Positions 40,416 to 50,699 of a stretch of DNA of 64,000 bases are shown here, one piece after another. Origin of the DNA: Fibrobacteria bacterium. Its GTDB lineage: Bacteria; Fibrobacterota; Fibrobacteria; UBA11236. Where the stretch lies: contig JAYTSD010000001.1 in the NCBI GenBank assembly GCA_043745805.1, positions 128,001 to 192,000 of the forward strand, in the 5' to 3' direction. Below the pieces are notes generated by a model, which saw only the letters and a list, made by a program, of their open reading frames with translations, searched no databases and had not been told where the DNA came from. The position numbers were made by a program, and so were the translations under genes. How positions within the stretch are numbered: the first letter of the stretch is position 1; each line of letters starts with the position of its first letter.

Positions 40416-41129
40416 ATGAAAACTAATACGGAAATCTCTTCGGTTTTTTCGCTCAACTCTTTGCACATTTCTTTGGGAAGCGTTGCGGTGCTTTTTTTGT
40501 TTTCCGGCTGCTATACCCAACTATATACCCAAAATTATGTCGCACGCGATCAGCAAAATTATGCAGCGGACAGTCGAGATGCTTTAGCTGATAGCCTGGA
40601 GGATTCCAGTTTGGTGAATAAGGATAGCTCAATTTCTAAGCGACCTATAATTGTCAAAAACTATTATGAAGAAAATAATTATTACCGCGGACATCGTTAT
40701 TCGGATTGGGATGATCCACTCATTTCCTTAAGTTTTAGCTCGGGCTATTATCGAGAATATTATAGCCGTCCCTATTGGGAACGTGAGCATTATGGAAATT
40801 ATTATTCTGATCAAAATCATTATCATAGCCATTACTATTCATCTCCCAATAATAATTTCTCTTCCAATACATATAATCCTCCGCGCAAAAGATTATTCTC
40901 TTCTCCTTCCAATGCACCACTTATAAAACCTGGAAAAAGGCGTGAGAAAGATGGGGGTAACGTTTACGCTTCTCCTTCGGGGTCGATGTCAAAAGAGTCA
41001 GCTTCGGCTCCGGAACATCCTTCTCACGCCGTTCCTTCGTCGGACAACTCATCGAATAATGATTCGGGGGATAATAGCGAAAGCTCAAAGAGCGACGAAA
41101 ACAAACCAATGCATAAAGGCAGACGATAA
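40416..41129 (+). CDS. Lipoprotein, Tyr-rich then Ser-rich low complexity
   Basis: Lipobox LFSGC followed by YTQL. ATG 40416 chosen because the longer ORF start overlaps the promoter. Confidence 0.75.
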   Translation: MKTNTEISSVFSLNSLHISLGSVAVLFLFSGCYTQLYTQNYVARDQQNYAADSRDALADSLEDSSLVNKDSSISKRPIIVKNYYEENNYYRGHRYSDWDDPLISLSFSSGYYREYYSRPYWEREHYGNYYSDQNHYHSHYYSSPNNNFSSNTYNPPRKRLFSSPSNAPLIKPGKRREKDGGNVYASPSGSMSKESASAPEHPSHAVPSSDNSSNNDSGDNSESSKSDENKPMHKGRR

Positions 41130-42319
41130 TGCCGATGAACCAGAAGAGATATATGAAACTGTTAAAAATAAAGCCTCATTTTCTCTATGCATGCATGATG
41201 GGATTTTTTGTTGTAACAGTTGAAGCCCAAATGGATACTTTGAATTTAGGTGCACCTCAAGAAATTAGCGCGCGAGCCATGGCCTTAGGGGGCAGTTATA
41301 CAGCGGTAGCGAATGATTTTTCTGCCTTGTATTATAATGCGGCAGGTTTAAGTTCCGTGAAACGACATGAATTTTCTTTCACATTGAATCAAACCATGCT
41401 TAGCACAAGTTCACAAATTACCGGTTACCCTAAATCAATAATTGATAAACAAGAATTGGGTATTCAATCCATTGGATTTTTATGGCCGCTACCTGTAACA
41501 CGCGGGGGACTTACTTTTGCTTTCGGTTATTATAGCCCGCGAAATTTTATTGACGCTTCTACTTATAATGACGCCAAATCAATTACCAATGGTCAATACA
41601 AATATGAAGCGGAAGGAACCGTGGATCAATATCGCTTTGGTTTTGGATTAGATGTAGCGCCCGATGTTTCTCTTGGATTGGCAGTGAGTCATACTTCAGG
41701 AGAAGAGCGTATTCAAATCACCGATAGCGTAGTTTCCAGAGGTGTGAATTCCTATACTGGTTGGAATTTAGAACCTTCTCTCATGATCAAGCTAACGCCG
41801 TGGGTAAAATTAGGCGCTTCGTTAATTGTTTGGGATATCGCTTCGGTAGATGAACATCAGGAAACACAAGGCATTGTTACCGCATACGATGCAACACTTA
41901 ATGTACGCAACCCCTATCAATTAAAACTAGGACTATCCTATCAGGGAAATGATTTGTTAGTAGCCGCAGATTACAAAATGAATTTCTGGGAACAATACCG
42001 CTATAGCATGGATAATGTAAGTTTTCAGGAAGGTGCAGGTTACCGTAATGAATATACTCTTTCTGCTGGGGTTGAAAAGTATATTTCGCATTGGAACACC
42101 GTTTTGCGCGGCGGATATAGTTACAATAATATCTTGGACTATGGACTAACTCCCATATACAATCGCCATCGCGTCAGTGCGGGAATTGGCTTTTTGCTTT
42201 CTGGTTCGGTAAATATTGACTTGGGGTATTCTTATGCCTTTTGGGAATCGCAAGAGAATGACTTGTACATTGAAGACCGTGAACAACGTGCTATGTTTAC
42301 TTTAGGGTATCGCTACTAA
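41129..42319 (+). CDS. OmpP1/FadL-like outer-membrane beta-barrel
   Basis: SARAMALGGSYTAVANDFSALYYNAAGL hatch motif; terminal LGYRY. Confidence 0.82.
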   Translation: MPMNQKRYMKLLKIKPHFLYACMMGFFVVTVEAQMDTLNLGAPQEISARAMALGGSYTAVANDFSALYYNAAGLSSVKRHEFSFTLNQTMLSTSSQITGYPKSIIDKQELGIQSIGFLWPLPVTRGGLTFAFGYYSPRNFIDASTYNDAKSITNGQYKYEAEGTVDQYRFGFGLDVAPDVSLGLAVSHTSGEERIQITDSVVSRGVNSYTGWNLEPSLMIKLTPWVKLGASLIVWDIASVDEHQETQGIVTAYDATLNVRNPYQLKLGLSYQGNDLLVAADYKMNFWEQYRYSMDNVSFQEGAGYRNEYTLSAGVEKYISHWNTVLRGGYSYNNILDYGLTPIYNRHRVSAGIGFLLSGSVNIDLGYSYAFWESQENDLYIEDREQRAMFTLGYRY

Positions 42320-44319
42320 TGATAAGGTATTTTCTATTCATAATATTTTTTTTCAATGCCGTACAAACCTTTACACAAGGCATTTTGGAAAAATTTCCCC
42401 CAAAAAGTAATATGTCACCGGATAGTTCTACAAAAACAAAACTTCGCACCTATCAAAATATCCCTGCTTTTAGTTTTGCGGGATGGAATGAATGCTTGGA
42501 TCACATTTATTCATTTGCTCGCCTTGATGCCGAGCCCCAACTTTATATGCAAACGCAACCTAAGGGTTCATTGCAAGTCAAAACTCATTTCCCACAACGC
42601 GTTGCAGGCATTCAATTCAATCCGAACTCGAATATTAATTCATTTTTGTATTTGCAAGATGATCAAGGAGATGAACAATTTAAGCTTTCGCTTTACGACA
42701 TGAACACCCAAAAAAGTAAGGCCTTGGGACCAAAATCTGGGCGCATAGCTTCAGTACTCTGGGGTGAAAGTGGAAAACATTTTTTATACACCCATACTCC
42801 AGAAGGAAAGAGTAACTGGGATATTTATGTAGGAGATGCTCAAGGAAACGAGCGCCGACTTTTTTCTCAAGCTGGAGCCTGGGAACCAATGGCTTGGAGC
42901 GTTAATGAAAAGCAAGCTTTGTTTTTACGTAGCGAAGAAGCTCATTCGGAATTATTCCTTTATTCTTTCGAGGATTCATCGCTGACGCAACTTTTAAAAG
43001 ACGAGCCCAAGCAAAATATTGTGGATGCTTTTTGGATTGAAAATAAGCCTTTTTCAGGTGACACGTTGACAAGACCCTCTCCGAGAAAATTTGCTTTTGT
43101 GTCGGATCGTCAAGGCGAGTATTCCAGAGTTTTCCAAGGCTCATTAGATACCTTATTAATTTCCCCATTAACTCCGGAAATGCCTTGGGACATTGAATGG
43201 AGCGTATTAAGTCCCAATACGCATTATTTAATTTATAGCGTGAATGAAAATGGCTTTAGTAAAATTTATAACTTGGATATCCGCAAAGGAGTAACCGATT
43301 GGTTACAGGAAATTCCCAAGGGAATTGTCAGTCCAGTTTCTTTTCGCAAAAACTCCAAAGGCTTTGCTTTTAATTTTCATGATGTGTCTCAACCGGGATC
43401 GGTTTACACCTACGACATAGAAAGAAAATACCTTGAATCTTGGTCTCCGCAAAATACTTTAGAGAATACTCCGCAAAAAATTTTAGCGCCTATAGTCACT
43501 ACCTCTATTCAATTTCCATCCATTGGTTCTCCCGCAAAAGTTCCTGAGAAAAAGAAAATATCGATACAAGCCTTTGTTTATAAACCTCAAATAGAAAGTA
43601 ATAGGCCTTTCCCTGTACTTATACAATTTCATGGTGGCCCCGAATTACAAGCGCGACCGGATTATGATGCCTTTATGCAATATGTGGTGCGTGAATTAAA
43701 TGTCGTAGTGATTACTCCCAATGTTCGAGGTTCTACAGGTTACGGAAAGAGATTTCAGAGCTTAGATGATGGAAAGTTACGTATGAATAGCGTAGAAGAT
43801 ATCGGCGCCTTGCTAGGCTGGATTAAAACCCAGCCGGATTTGGATTCGCGCCGTATCGCTGTAATGGGTAGATCGTATGGCGGCTTTATGTCGCTGTCGG
43901 CCTTAATCCATTATGGCGATCAAATTAAAGCGGGAATTAGTACTGTAGGCATTACTCATTTTCCAAAATTTTTAGAAAACACCAGTGAATATAGACGCGA
44001 TTTACGTCGTGCGGAATATGGGGATGAACGTGATCCCCAAATGCGTAAATTTTTAGAAAAAATTTCTCCGTTCAATTTAGCACATAAAATTAAAGTCCCT
44101 CTATTACTCGCACATGGCGCGAAAGATCCGCGTGTACCCATTGGGGAAAGCGAAAGACTTTTTGCCAGTTTACAAAAACGTAAAGTGCCCGTTTGGTTTT
44201 TACATTTCCCGGATGAAGGCCATGCCTTTAGAGAAAAAGAAAATGAACTTTATTATGAAGGTATAGTTTCCGAGTTTTTACGCCAGAACTTACTGAATCA
44301 CACGACGGCGATGAAGTGA
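42319..44319 (+). CDS. Secreted S9 (prolyl oligopeptidase-family) peptidase
   Basis: HGGPE, PNVRGSTGYG, GRSYGG (Ser), DPRVP (Asp), DEGH (His). Confidence 0.92.
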   Translation: MIRYFLFIIFFFNAVQTFTQGILEKFPPKSNMSPDSSTKTKLRTYQNIPAFSFAGWNECLDHIYSFARLDAEPQLYMQTQPKGSLQVKTHFPQRVAGIQFNPNSNINSFLYLQDDQGDEQFKLSLYDMNTQKSKALGPKSGRIASVLWGESGKHFLYTHTPEGKSNWDIYVGDAQGNERRLFSQAGAWEPMAWSVNEKQALFLRSEEAHSELFLYSFEDSSLTQLLKDEPKQNIVDAFWIENKPFSGDTLTRPSPRKFAFVSDRQGEYSRVFQGSLDTLLISPLTPEMPWDIEWSVLSPNTHYLIYSVNENGFSKIYNLDIRKGVTDWLQEIPKGIVSPVSFRKNSKGFAFNFHDVSQPGSVYTYDIERKYLESWSPQNTLENTPQKILAPIVTTSIQFPSIGSPAKVPEKKKISIQAFVYKPQIESNRPFPVLIQFHGGPELQARPDYDAFMQYVVRELNVVVITPNVRGSTGYGKRFQSLDDGKLRMNSVEDIGALLGWIKTQPDLDSRRIAVMGRSYGGFMSLSALIHYGDQIKAGISTVGITHFPKFLENTSEYRRDLRRAEYGDERDPQMRKFLEKISPFNLAHKIKVPLLLAHGAKDPRVPIGESERLFASLQKRKVPVWFLHFPDEGHAFREKENELYYEGIVSEFLRQNLLNHTTAMK

Positions 44320-44637
44320 AGCAATAGACCCTTTTTCTCGGGCATCTTTTCCGTGAAAAACGATAACTTCTCATGAAAAATGTTCTTTATTCATGGTTTC
44401 CTATGAAAAATGATATCTTTTGCTGGTTAATTGTAATATTCGGAATTGGCTAGGCGCATCATAATTTAACCAAAAAATGAAATTCTACCCCGAATCCAGC
44501 TCCATTTTACACCGATCAAAACCATTTTTAAGCGAGCCTCCTGCAAAATTCGTTTAAGAAATGATATAAGTGAATGCAAGAACTCTCACCCTCCTTTTTT
44601 GCTATAATCAAGCATTAATCTTTTGTTAGGATGCTGG

Positions 44638-46023
44638 ATGGATAAGAATAAAGCACAAAGAGTTTTACAGGCGGGGCTCGATCGCCATGCAAATTTTGTG
44701 GAGATTTTCGAAGAAGAAACCCGTAACGCCTCAGTTTCCTTTCGCGATCGTAAAGTGGAATCGGCGACAGCGGGAACGGATTATGGTTTAGGTATTCGCT
44801 TGGTATATGGAACCGAAGTGCTTTATGCACATACAAGCAATGATGATGAAAATCATATTATTAAACTTATCGATAATTTAGCCCGTAGCCGCGGTGTTAT
44901 CATTAATGAATCGTCAGAACCCACCGTCCATTTGGTAGGTAAGGTTTTTGAGAATAAACATATCATCACTAAGGATCCTCGCAAAGTAGGACAAGAGCAA
45001 AAATTATTATTGCTCAAATTAGCCGATAAAACCGCGCGGGATTTTTCTGATAAAATCACCCAAGTGTCAGTACGTGCGGCGGATATGGTGTCGCAAGTGA
45101 TCATTAGTAATAGCGAAGGCTTATGGACCGAAGATACGCGCACGCGCTGTCGTTTTAATGTGAGCGTGACTGCAGAAGCGGGCGGTGAAATTTTTGTAGC
45201 TACTGAAGCACCCGGCACACAACGGGGTTTCGAATTTTTTGAAAGCTTGGACATTGTGCATTATACGCGGATGGCTGCCGAGCGCGCGGTACTGATGTTA
45301 TCCGCCGGTTACGTACAAGGTGGAAAAATGCCGGTGATACTTGGCAATGGTTTTGGCGGTGTGATATTTCATGAAGCTTGTGGCCATCTCTTAGAAACCG
45401 AAGCGGTGCGGCGCAAGGCCACACCCTTTGCGGATAAAGTGGGACAACTAATTGCGCATCCTTCGGTGACGGCCATTGATGATGGTACTATAGCCAATGC
45501 TTGGGGATCGATTAATGTGGATGATGAAGGCAATGCCGTACAAAGAACGGTCTTAATTAAAGACGGCATCTTGCAAAATTATATGTCGGACCGAGTAGGC
45601 GCGCAAGAAACGAATTCTCCTATCACGGGAAGTTCGCGACGCGAATCCTATCAATACTCACCCGTATCACGCATGCGCAATACCTTTATAGAAAAAGGCC
45701 AGCATAGTTTAGAAGAGATGTTGGCCTCTATGGGGAATGGCCTTTATGCCAAAAAAATGGGTGGCGGTTCGGTGAATCCGGCTACAGGGGAGTTTAATTT
45801 CTCAGCGGAGGAAGCCTACTTGGTACGTGACGGCAAAATTACCTCTCCGGTCCGTGGAGCAACATTAATCGGCAAAGGTCCAGAAATTCTTCCGTTGATT
45901 TCCATGGTCGGAAAAGACTTGGAAATGGCTGCGGGCATGTGTGGCGCATCTTCGGGATCCATTCCAGTAATGGTGGGGCAACCCACTTTAAAAGTGGATA
46001 ATATTTTAGTGGGAGGTCGCTAA
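44638..46023 (+). CDS. tldD: TldD metalloprotease subunit
   Basis: FHEACGHLLE (HExxxH), VDDEG, RMRNTF, C-terminal Cys (GMCG), GQPTL. Start moved to ATG 44638. Confidence 0.93.
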   Translation: MDKNKAQRVLQAGLDRHANFVEIFEEETRNASVSFRDRKVESATAGTDYGLGIRLVYGTEVLYAHTSNDDENHIIKLIDNLARSRGVIINESSEPTVHLVGKVFENKHIITKDPRKVGQEQKLLLLKLADKTARDFSDKITQVSVRAADMVSQVIISNSEGLWTEDTRTRCRFNVSVTAEAGGEIFVATEAPGTQRGFEFFESLDIVHYTRMAAERAVLMLSAGYVQGGKMPVILGNGFGGVIFHEACGHLLETEAVRRKATPFADKVGQLIAHPSVTAIDDGTIANAWGSINVDDEGNAVQRTVLIKDGILQNYMSDRVGAQETNSPITGSSRRESYQYSPVSRMRNTFIEKGQHSLEEMLASMGNGLYAKKMGGGSVNPATGEFNFSAEEAYLVRDGKITSPVRGATLIGKGPEILPLISMVGKDLEMAAGMCGASSGSIPVMVGQPTLKVDNILVGGR

Positions 46024-47396
46024 TGGTTACCTCTACTCCCAAAACTTTTTCTGAAGAAACTTTAAAAGTTTCAGATGCCGTTGATTTTATGTGCTCTGAA
46101 GCGAAGCGTTTGGGCGCGGAGCAATACGATGCCGTGGTGGGCGAAAGTGAAGCCATGGGCCTTGAAGTGTTTGAAGGTAAAGTAAAGAGCACGGAAATAT
46201 CGAATTCGCGTGGCATTGGCATTCGCTTATTTAAAGATCAAAAACCGGGTTTTGCTTTTACCGAAAAAATGTCACGCGCGGCAATTTCACAAACCGTGCA
46301 AGATGCGATAAGCCATACTTTACTTACGGATTCCGTGGATATTGAATTGCCATATCCCGAAAAATTACCCGACATTGATTTACTGCGCTTTGCTCCTGAA
46401 TTGGAAAATGTGACGCTCGATCAAATGAAAGAATTGTGTTCACAACTGGAAACTTTAGCGCGCGAAAAAGATCCACGCATTGATAATATTCCTTATTTAG
46501 GCATGAGTCGTTCATCAGGAAGGTCTATTGTACAAAACTCCAAAGGCGTGAGTTATCATTCGCGATCGAATGTGATTTCGGGTGGAGTGGGTGTAGTGGC
46601 GAAGCAAGGCGAAAATAAAAAAATGGGCGTGTATTCGCAGGGTGGTCGTTCCGTTTCGATTTTCCGTCCCGATTTTATGGCGAGTCAAGCCGTAGAGCGT
46701 GCCGTTGAATTATTGGATGCCGAAGCATTAACTTCTGGAATTTATCCAGTGGTATTTTCCCATCGTGCCAGTCCCCAAATTTTGTCGATGTTCTCTTCTC
46801 CTTATTATGCGGAGTCGGTGCAAAAAGGACAAAGTCGTTTAGCCGGTAAAATTGGAGAACGCATTGCGGTCGAGGCGTTTAACTTAAGCAGTCAGCCGCA
46901 TTTGCAAGGTTTTCCAGGCTCGCAACTTTTTGATGGCGAAGGAGTCGTAACATCTCCGTTACAGGTAGTGAAGGACGGCGTTTTACAATCGTATCTGTAT
47001 AATTTGGAATCGGCTAAAAAGGCGGGTGCCAAACCTACTGGTAATGGTGCGCGCGGCTATTCGGGTAAGGCCGGAACCGGTTTTGCGAATTTTATAGTGC
47101 CAAAGGGAAAGCAAACTTTGGAAGAATTGTTAAGCACGTATCCCAAATGTTTTTATGTGGTCAAGCTCGAAGGCGGCTCGGGTTGTTCTTCTATTTCGGG
47201 TGAGATTTCTATCGGTGCACAAGGCTTTTTAATTGAACAAGGTAAACGTATTCGTCCGGTGGACAAGGTTACTTTGAGTACCAATTATTTTGATCTACTT
47301 ATGGGCCTGCGAGGATTTTCGGATACTTATGCCGATACTTTTTCGTCGGTGAAAGTTCCCGATATTTTAGTAGAAGGTATTGCGGTTTCGGGTTGA
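46023..47396 (+). CDS. pmbA: PmbA/TldE subunit
   Basis: GIGIRL, FDGEG, TGNG motifs; no HExxxH; coupled to tldD. Confidence 0.9.
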   Translation: MVTSTPKTFSEETLKVSDAVDFMCSEAKRLGAEQYDAVVGESEAMGLEVFEGKVKSTEISNSRGIGIRLFKDQKPGFAFTEKMSRAAISQTVQDAISHTLLTDSVDIELPYPEKLPDIDLLRFAPELENVTLDQMKELCSQLETLAREKDPRIDNIPYLGMSRSSGRSIVQNSKGVSYHSRSNVISGGVGVVAKQGENKKMGVYSQGGRSVSIFRPDFMASQAVERAVELLDAEALTSGIYPVVFSHRASPQILSMFSSPYYAESVQKGQSRLAGKIGERIAVEAFNLSSQPHLQGFPGSQLFDGEGVVTSPLQVVKDGVLQSYLYNLESAKKAGAKPTGNGARGYSGKAGTGFANFIVPKGKQTLEELLSTYPKCFYVVKLEGGSGCSSISGEISIGAQGFLIEQGKRIRPVDKVTLSTNYFDLLMGLRGFSDTYADTFSSVKVPDILVEGIAVSG

Positions 47397-47433
47397 TCTT
47401 AATTTAAAATCTCAGTTATAAATTTAATACTCT

Positions 47434-48390
47434 ATGCAAAATAATATGGGGATTTCAGCCCAAAATTTAAGCGTTACGTTTGCTGGAGCCAAGCCCACCT
47501 TGGCTTTGAATAATGTTAACTTGGACGTGACTAAAGGGTCGCTTTATGCTTTGCTTGGTCCTAATGGTGCAGGCAAAACGACCTTAATGCGTTGCCTGGC
47601 CGGAATATTAAAACCCAGCCAGGGAAGCGTTGCGCTTTTAGGCGAAACCCCTACCTATACGGATTCGCGAAAATATTTACATAAGCTAGGCGTATTGATT
47701 GAAAGTCCAGGGTTGTATTCCAAATTAAATGCCAAGGAGTATTTAAGTTTTTTTGGATCCTTTTATGCAATTAAAAATTTAAATCAACGAATAGAAAAAT
47801 TAGCTGATGAATTCGATTTAGAATTGTCATCCAAGCCTATTGCCAAATTATCGCAGGGCAATAAACAAAAACTGCAACTTTTGCGCAGTGTATTACATGA
47901 GCCCGAGATATTACTGTGGGATGAACCTACCGATCACTTGGATCCTTTGGCCCAAGAAAAAATCTTTGCTTTTTTAAAAAATCAAATGGATCACAAAAAT
48001 GTTACGGTATTACTCGCAACCCATCGCTTAGAACAAATTGATATCCTCGCTTCGCATTTTGGATTTATTCGTCATGGCCAGTTGATTTTAAGTGAGAGTA
48101 AGACAACGCTTTTGGAAAGCGGAACAGAAAAAGTAGAAATTGAATTTGCCGAACCTTACGATTTAGAACGCGCAAAGAATTTTTGTATGGGTTTAAATTT
48201 TCAGCTAGCACCAAGCAGTGTGCAAAATTGTTCAGCAAAAATATTAAATGTGTCGGGCAAAGATCTTTTATTCCGTTTGCCGGAGCTTATCACCCGATTA
48301 TGTGGTGAAGGTTTTTTGCTGTATCGTGTAGAACCTCAGTCGACGGCCTTGGCAGAAATATATGCCAAAGTTTACGCAGATGGAGAGTAA
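47434..48390 (+). CDS. ABC-2 type transporter ATP-binding protein
   Basis: GPNGAGKT, LSQGNKQK, LLWDEP, TH. Confidence 0.92.
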   Translation: MQNNMGISAQNLSVTFAGAKPTLALNNVNLDVTKGSLYALLGPNGAGKTTLMRCLAGILKPSQGSVALLGETPTYTDSRKYLHKLGVLIESPGLYSKLNAKEYLSFFGSFYAIKNLNQRIEKLADEFDLELSSKPIAKLSQGNKQKLQLLRSVLHEPEILLWDEPTDHLDPLAQEKIFAFLKNQMDHKNVTVLLATHRLEQIDILASHFGFIRHGQLILSESKTTLLESGTEKVEIEFAEPYDLERAKNFCMGLNFQLAPSSVQNCSAKILNVSGKDLLFRLPELITRLCGEGFLLYRVEPQSTALAEIYAKVYADGE

Positions 48391-48391
48391 C

Positions 48392-49075
48392 ATGAGCGAT
48401 ACGATACGAATTATAAAACATGAATGGTCGCAAATCGCTAAAGAGCCAAAATTTTTGATTCCATTTTTATTAATCCCATTAATTATGATAGGTGTGCAAG
48501 TTTTCGCTTTGTTTTTTCAGCCTACCGTCCAATTAGAAGAACAATATTTGCTTTCGCGCTCTTTGCTTATAATGCTGGCAATATTGGTCTCCGGACTCAC
48601 GGTCCCTCTATGCGCGGACAGTTTTGCGGGTGAAAAAGAACGCCATACTTTAGAAACTTTATTGAGCTTGCCAATTTCCTTAAGAACACTTTTTCGCGCT
48701 AAAGTTTTAGCCGTTTACCCTTTTCCGGTTATAGTAGCTTGGTTTGGGCAGGGTTTGATTTTACTCGCTTTGTTTTTGCGGGGTATTTTATCGGTTGATT
48801 TTGGGAGCGATGCCATCAAAGCCTTTTTATTAACTCCAGTTATTGGACTCTCTTTATGTGCGATGAGCACTTTGATTTCCTTGCGGGCCGATAGCGTGCG
48901 AGCTGCGGCACAAGTGGCTGGGATTTTTATGTTACTATTCTTTTTTTTATTAATCGGAACATCGCCTTGGATTTTTCTGTCTTGGACTTATTGGAGCGCG
49001 CTTTTAATTTTCTTACTTGCGATTTCCGGATTGTGTTTTTATCTCAGTCGCAGAATATTCTTGCATTTAAGATAG
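48392..49075 (+). CDS. ABC-2 type permease
   Basis: ADSFAGEKERHTLETLLSLP; about 6 TM helices. Confidence 0.88.
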   Translation: MSDTIRIIKHEWSQIAKEPKFLIPFLLIPLIMIGVQVFALFFQPTVQLEEQYLLSRSLLIMLAILVSGLTVPLCADSFAGEKERHTLETLLSLPISLRTLFRAKVLAVYPFPVIVAWFGQGLILLALFLRGILSVDFGSDAIKAFLLTPVIGLSLCAMSTLISLRADSVRAAAQVAGIFMLLFFFLLIGTSPWIFLSWTYWSALLIFLLAISGLCFYLSRRIFLHLR

Positions 49076-49082
49076 TCACAAT

Positions 49083-49808
49083 TTACTGCGCCTTTTTCGC
49101 CATGATTTCGGCCATTAATTCCATTTGCAATTGTTGAATTTCCATCATGTACTGCCACTGATGTTCCACTAAATGATCCATTTTATCATGTAAATTACGA
49201 ATTTCCATTTCCGCTTTTAAGTTAATGCGATAATCACTCTCGGCACGCTTCCGGTCGCGCGCTTCTTGGCGGTTTTGACTCATCATAATTACCGGCGCTT
49301 GCACAGCCGCTAAGCAGGATAGACAGAGATTTAAAAGGATATAGGGATAAGGATCAAAGGTAAAGCGATGCGCCACAAAGAGGGTAATAATATTCCACAG
49401 AATCCAAAAGCCCATAAAACCCGCGAAGGCAAACAGAAATTTCCAGCTTCCACCAAATTCGGCGATTTTATCGGATACCATTTGACCAAAAGTTCTTTGC
49501 TCGGAAGGATCGTTCTGTAAGTTTTGCGAAAGTAATTCATAATCTTGTAAGCTTTTTTCCGCATCCGAAGTGAGTTTGGTTAAATCCCCTTTTTCACTAT
49601 TTAATAAATGGGTAACGTATTCGGTACGTAGGGTGTTTAAATCGGCCACACAAATAAAATCTTCGCTTTTCCAATCGGGATTAACTCGGCGTGCCAAGTC
49701 CAATAATGGCGGCCTTAAGGTATCGCCAGCGATCATTTCGCGATGCGGCTTCATTTGTTTGCAAATCTGACATTCCAGTAAGGTAGAGGGATGATTTTCC
49801 GTAAGCAT
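49083..49808 (-). CDS. DUF1003 membrane protein
   Basis: FGGSWKF, FDPYPYILLNLCLS, QAPVIMMSQNRQ. Confidence 0.92.
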   Translation of the reverse strand: MLTENHPSTLLECQICKQMKPHREMIAGDTLRPPLLDLARRVNPDWKSEDFICVADLNTLRTEYVTHLLNSEKGDLTKLTSDAEKSLQDYELLSQNLQNDPSEQRTFGQMVSDKIAEFGGSWKFLFAFAGFMGFWILWNIITLFVAHRFTFDPYPYILLNLCLSCLAAVQAPVIMMSQNRQEARDRKRAESDYRINLKAEMEIRNLHDKMDHLVEHQWQYMMEIQQLQMELMAEIMAKKAQ

Positions 49809-49859
49809 TATTTCTCCCAAGAAGAAAATGATGTTAAAATAATAAAAGCACCTTGTAAG

Positions 49860-50537
49860 TTACTGTGCTGACCCATACAACTCTGTATGCATTTTATGTA
49901 CCAGATTTTGCAAGGCAGATAATTCTTGTTTCAGTGATTGAACCTCAATTTGCAAGGTCGAAAATTCATCCCATTTAGATTTACCACTTGCAGTAGCTTC
50001 CTCTGTAAGGCTTGCGGAGCTTTGATTTTCAGGTTCTTCAATATCTAAAAGTAATTGTTTCCAACGAGGCTCTTTCCAGCCTGATCGTTTTTCTAATTTC
50101 TCCACCCAAGGCTCTTCTCGTTCGGCCCATTTTTGCATAGTGATTTCGATGTCTTCGAGCGAAGCAAAATCATGTAAATTAGACGTTCGCGTTTTTAATT
50201 CATTCAAAGTTTGGCTTCCTCTTAATAAGAGAACGGAGAGCAACGCGATGTGTGAATCACGCAAATTATAACGGGAATCCAAAAGAAAATGTCGGTATTT
50301 ATACTGTTGTCCTTGGGAACCATAAGCAGAAAATGTGACTAAGCATTTCTGTTTTAATCCGGCTAAGGCTAGGGAAATAGTGTCCTCATCGTAATCGGAG
50401 ACTGGAGTTCTATTGCTTTTTTGATTACAGGCCAACCTTAATGAATTTAAGGTTAAAGGATAATAATCGGGAGTAGCTAGGCTTTTTTCCAACAATGAGC
50501 CTAAGATGCGGGCTTCTTCAATACTTAATTTTTCCAT
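49860..50537 (-). CDS. YceH/DUF480 family protein
   Basis: EARILGSLLEK..TPDYYPLTLNSL..ACNQKSNR. Confidence 0.9.
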   Translation of the reverse strand: MEKLSIEEARILGSLLEKSLATPDYYPLTLNSLRLACNQKSNRTPVSDYDEDTISLALAGLKQKCLVTFSAYGSQGQQYKYRHFLLDSRYNLRDSHIALLSVLLLRGSQTLNELKTRTSNLHDFASLEDIEITMQKWAEREEPWVEKLEKRSGWKEPRWKQLLLDIEEPENQSSASLTEEATASGKSKWDEFSTLQIEVQSLKQELSALQNLVHKMHTELYGSAQ

Positions 50538-50699
50538 GAGGTAAATTTACATTTTCCAGATGCAGAACTTCAGGTTTAAGCTCTAAATTCACATTTAAAA
50601 AGGCCATTTTAAGGGGCGTCTTTTTTTAAATAAATCTTAAGAACAGAGTGGCTATTTTCTAATCTTAAAGCGTCCAAGTAATAAAGTAAAGGAAAAAGT

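Noticed and set aside
42319-49075. S9 peptidase + TldD/PmbA + ABC exporter as a RiPP cluster
   Set aside because: No precursor peptide or modifying enzyme (YcaO, LanM, radical SAM) is visible; tldD has its own promoter-like region and these genes are commonly housekeeping.
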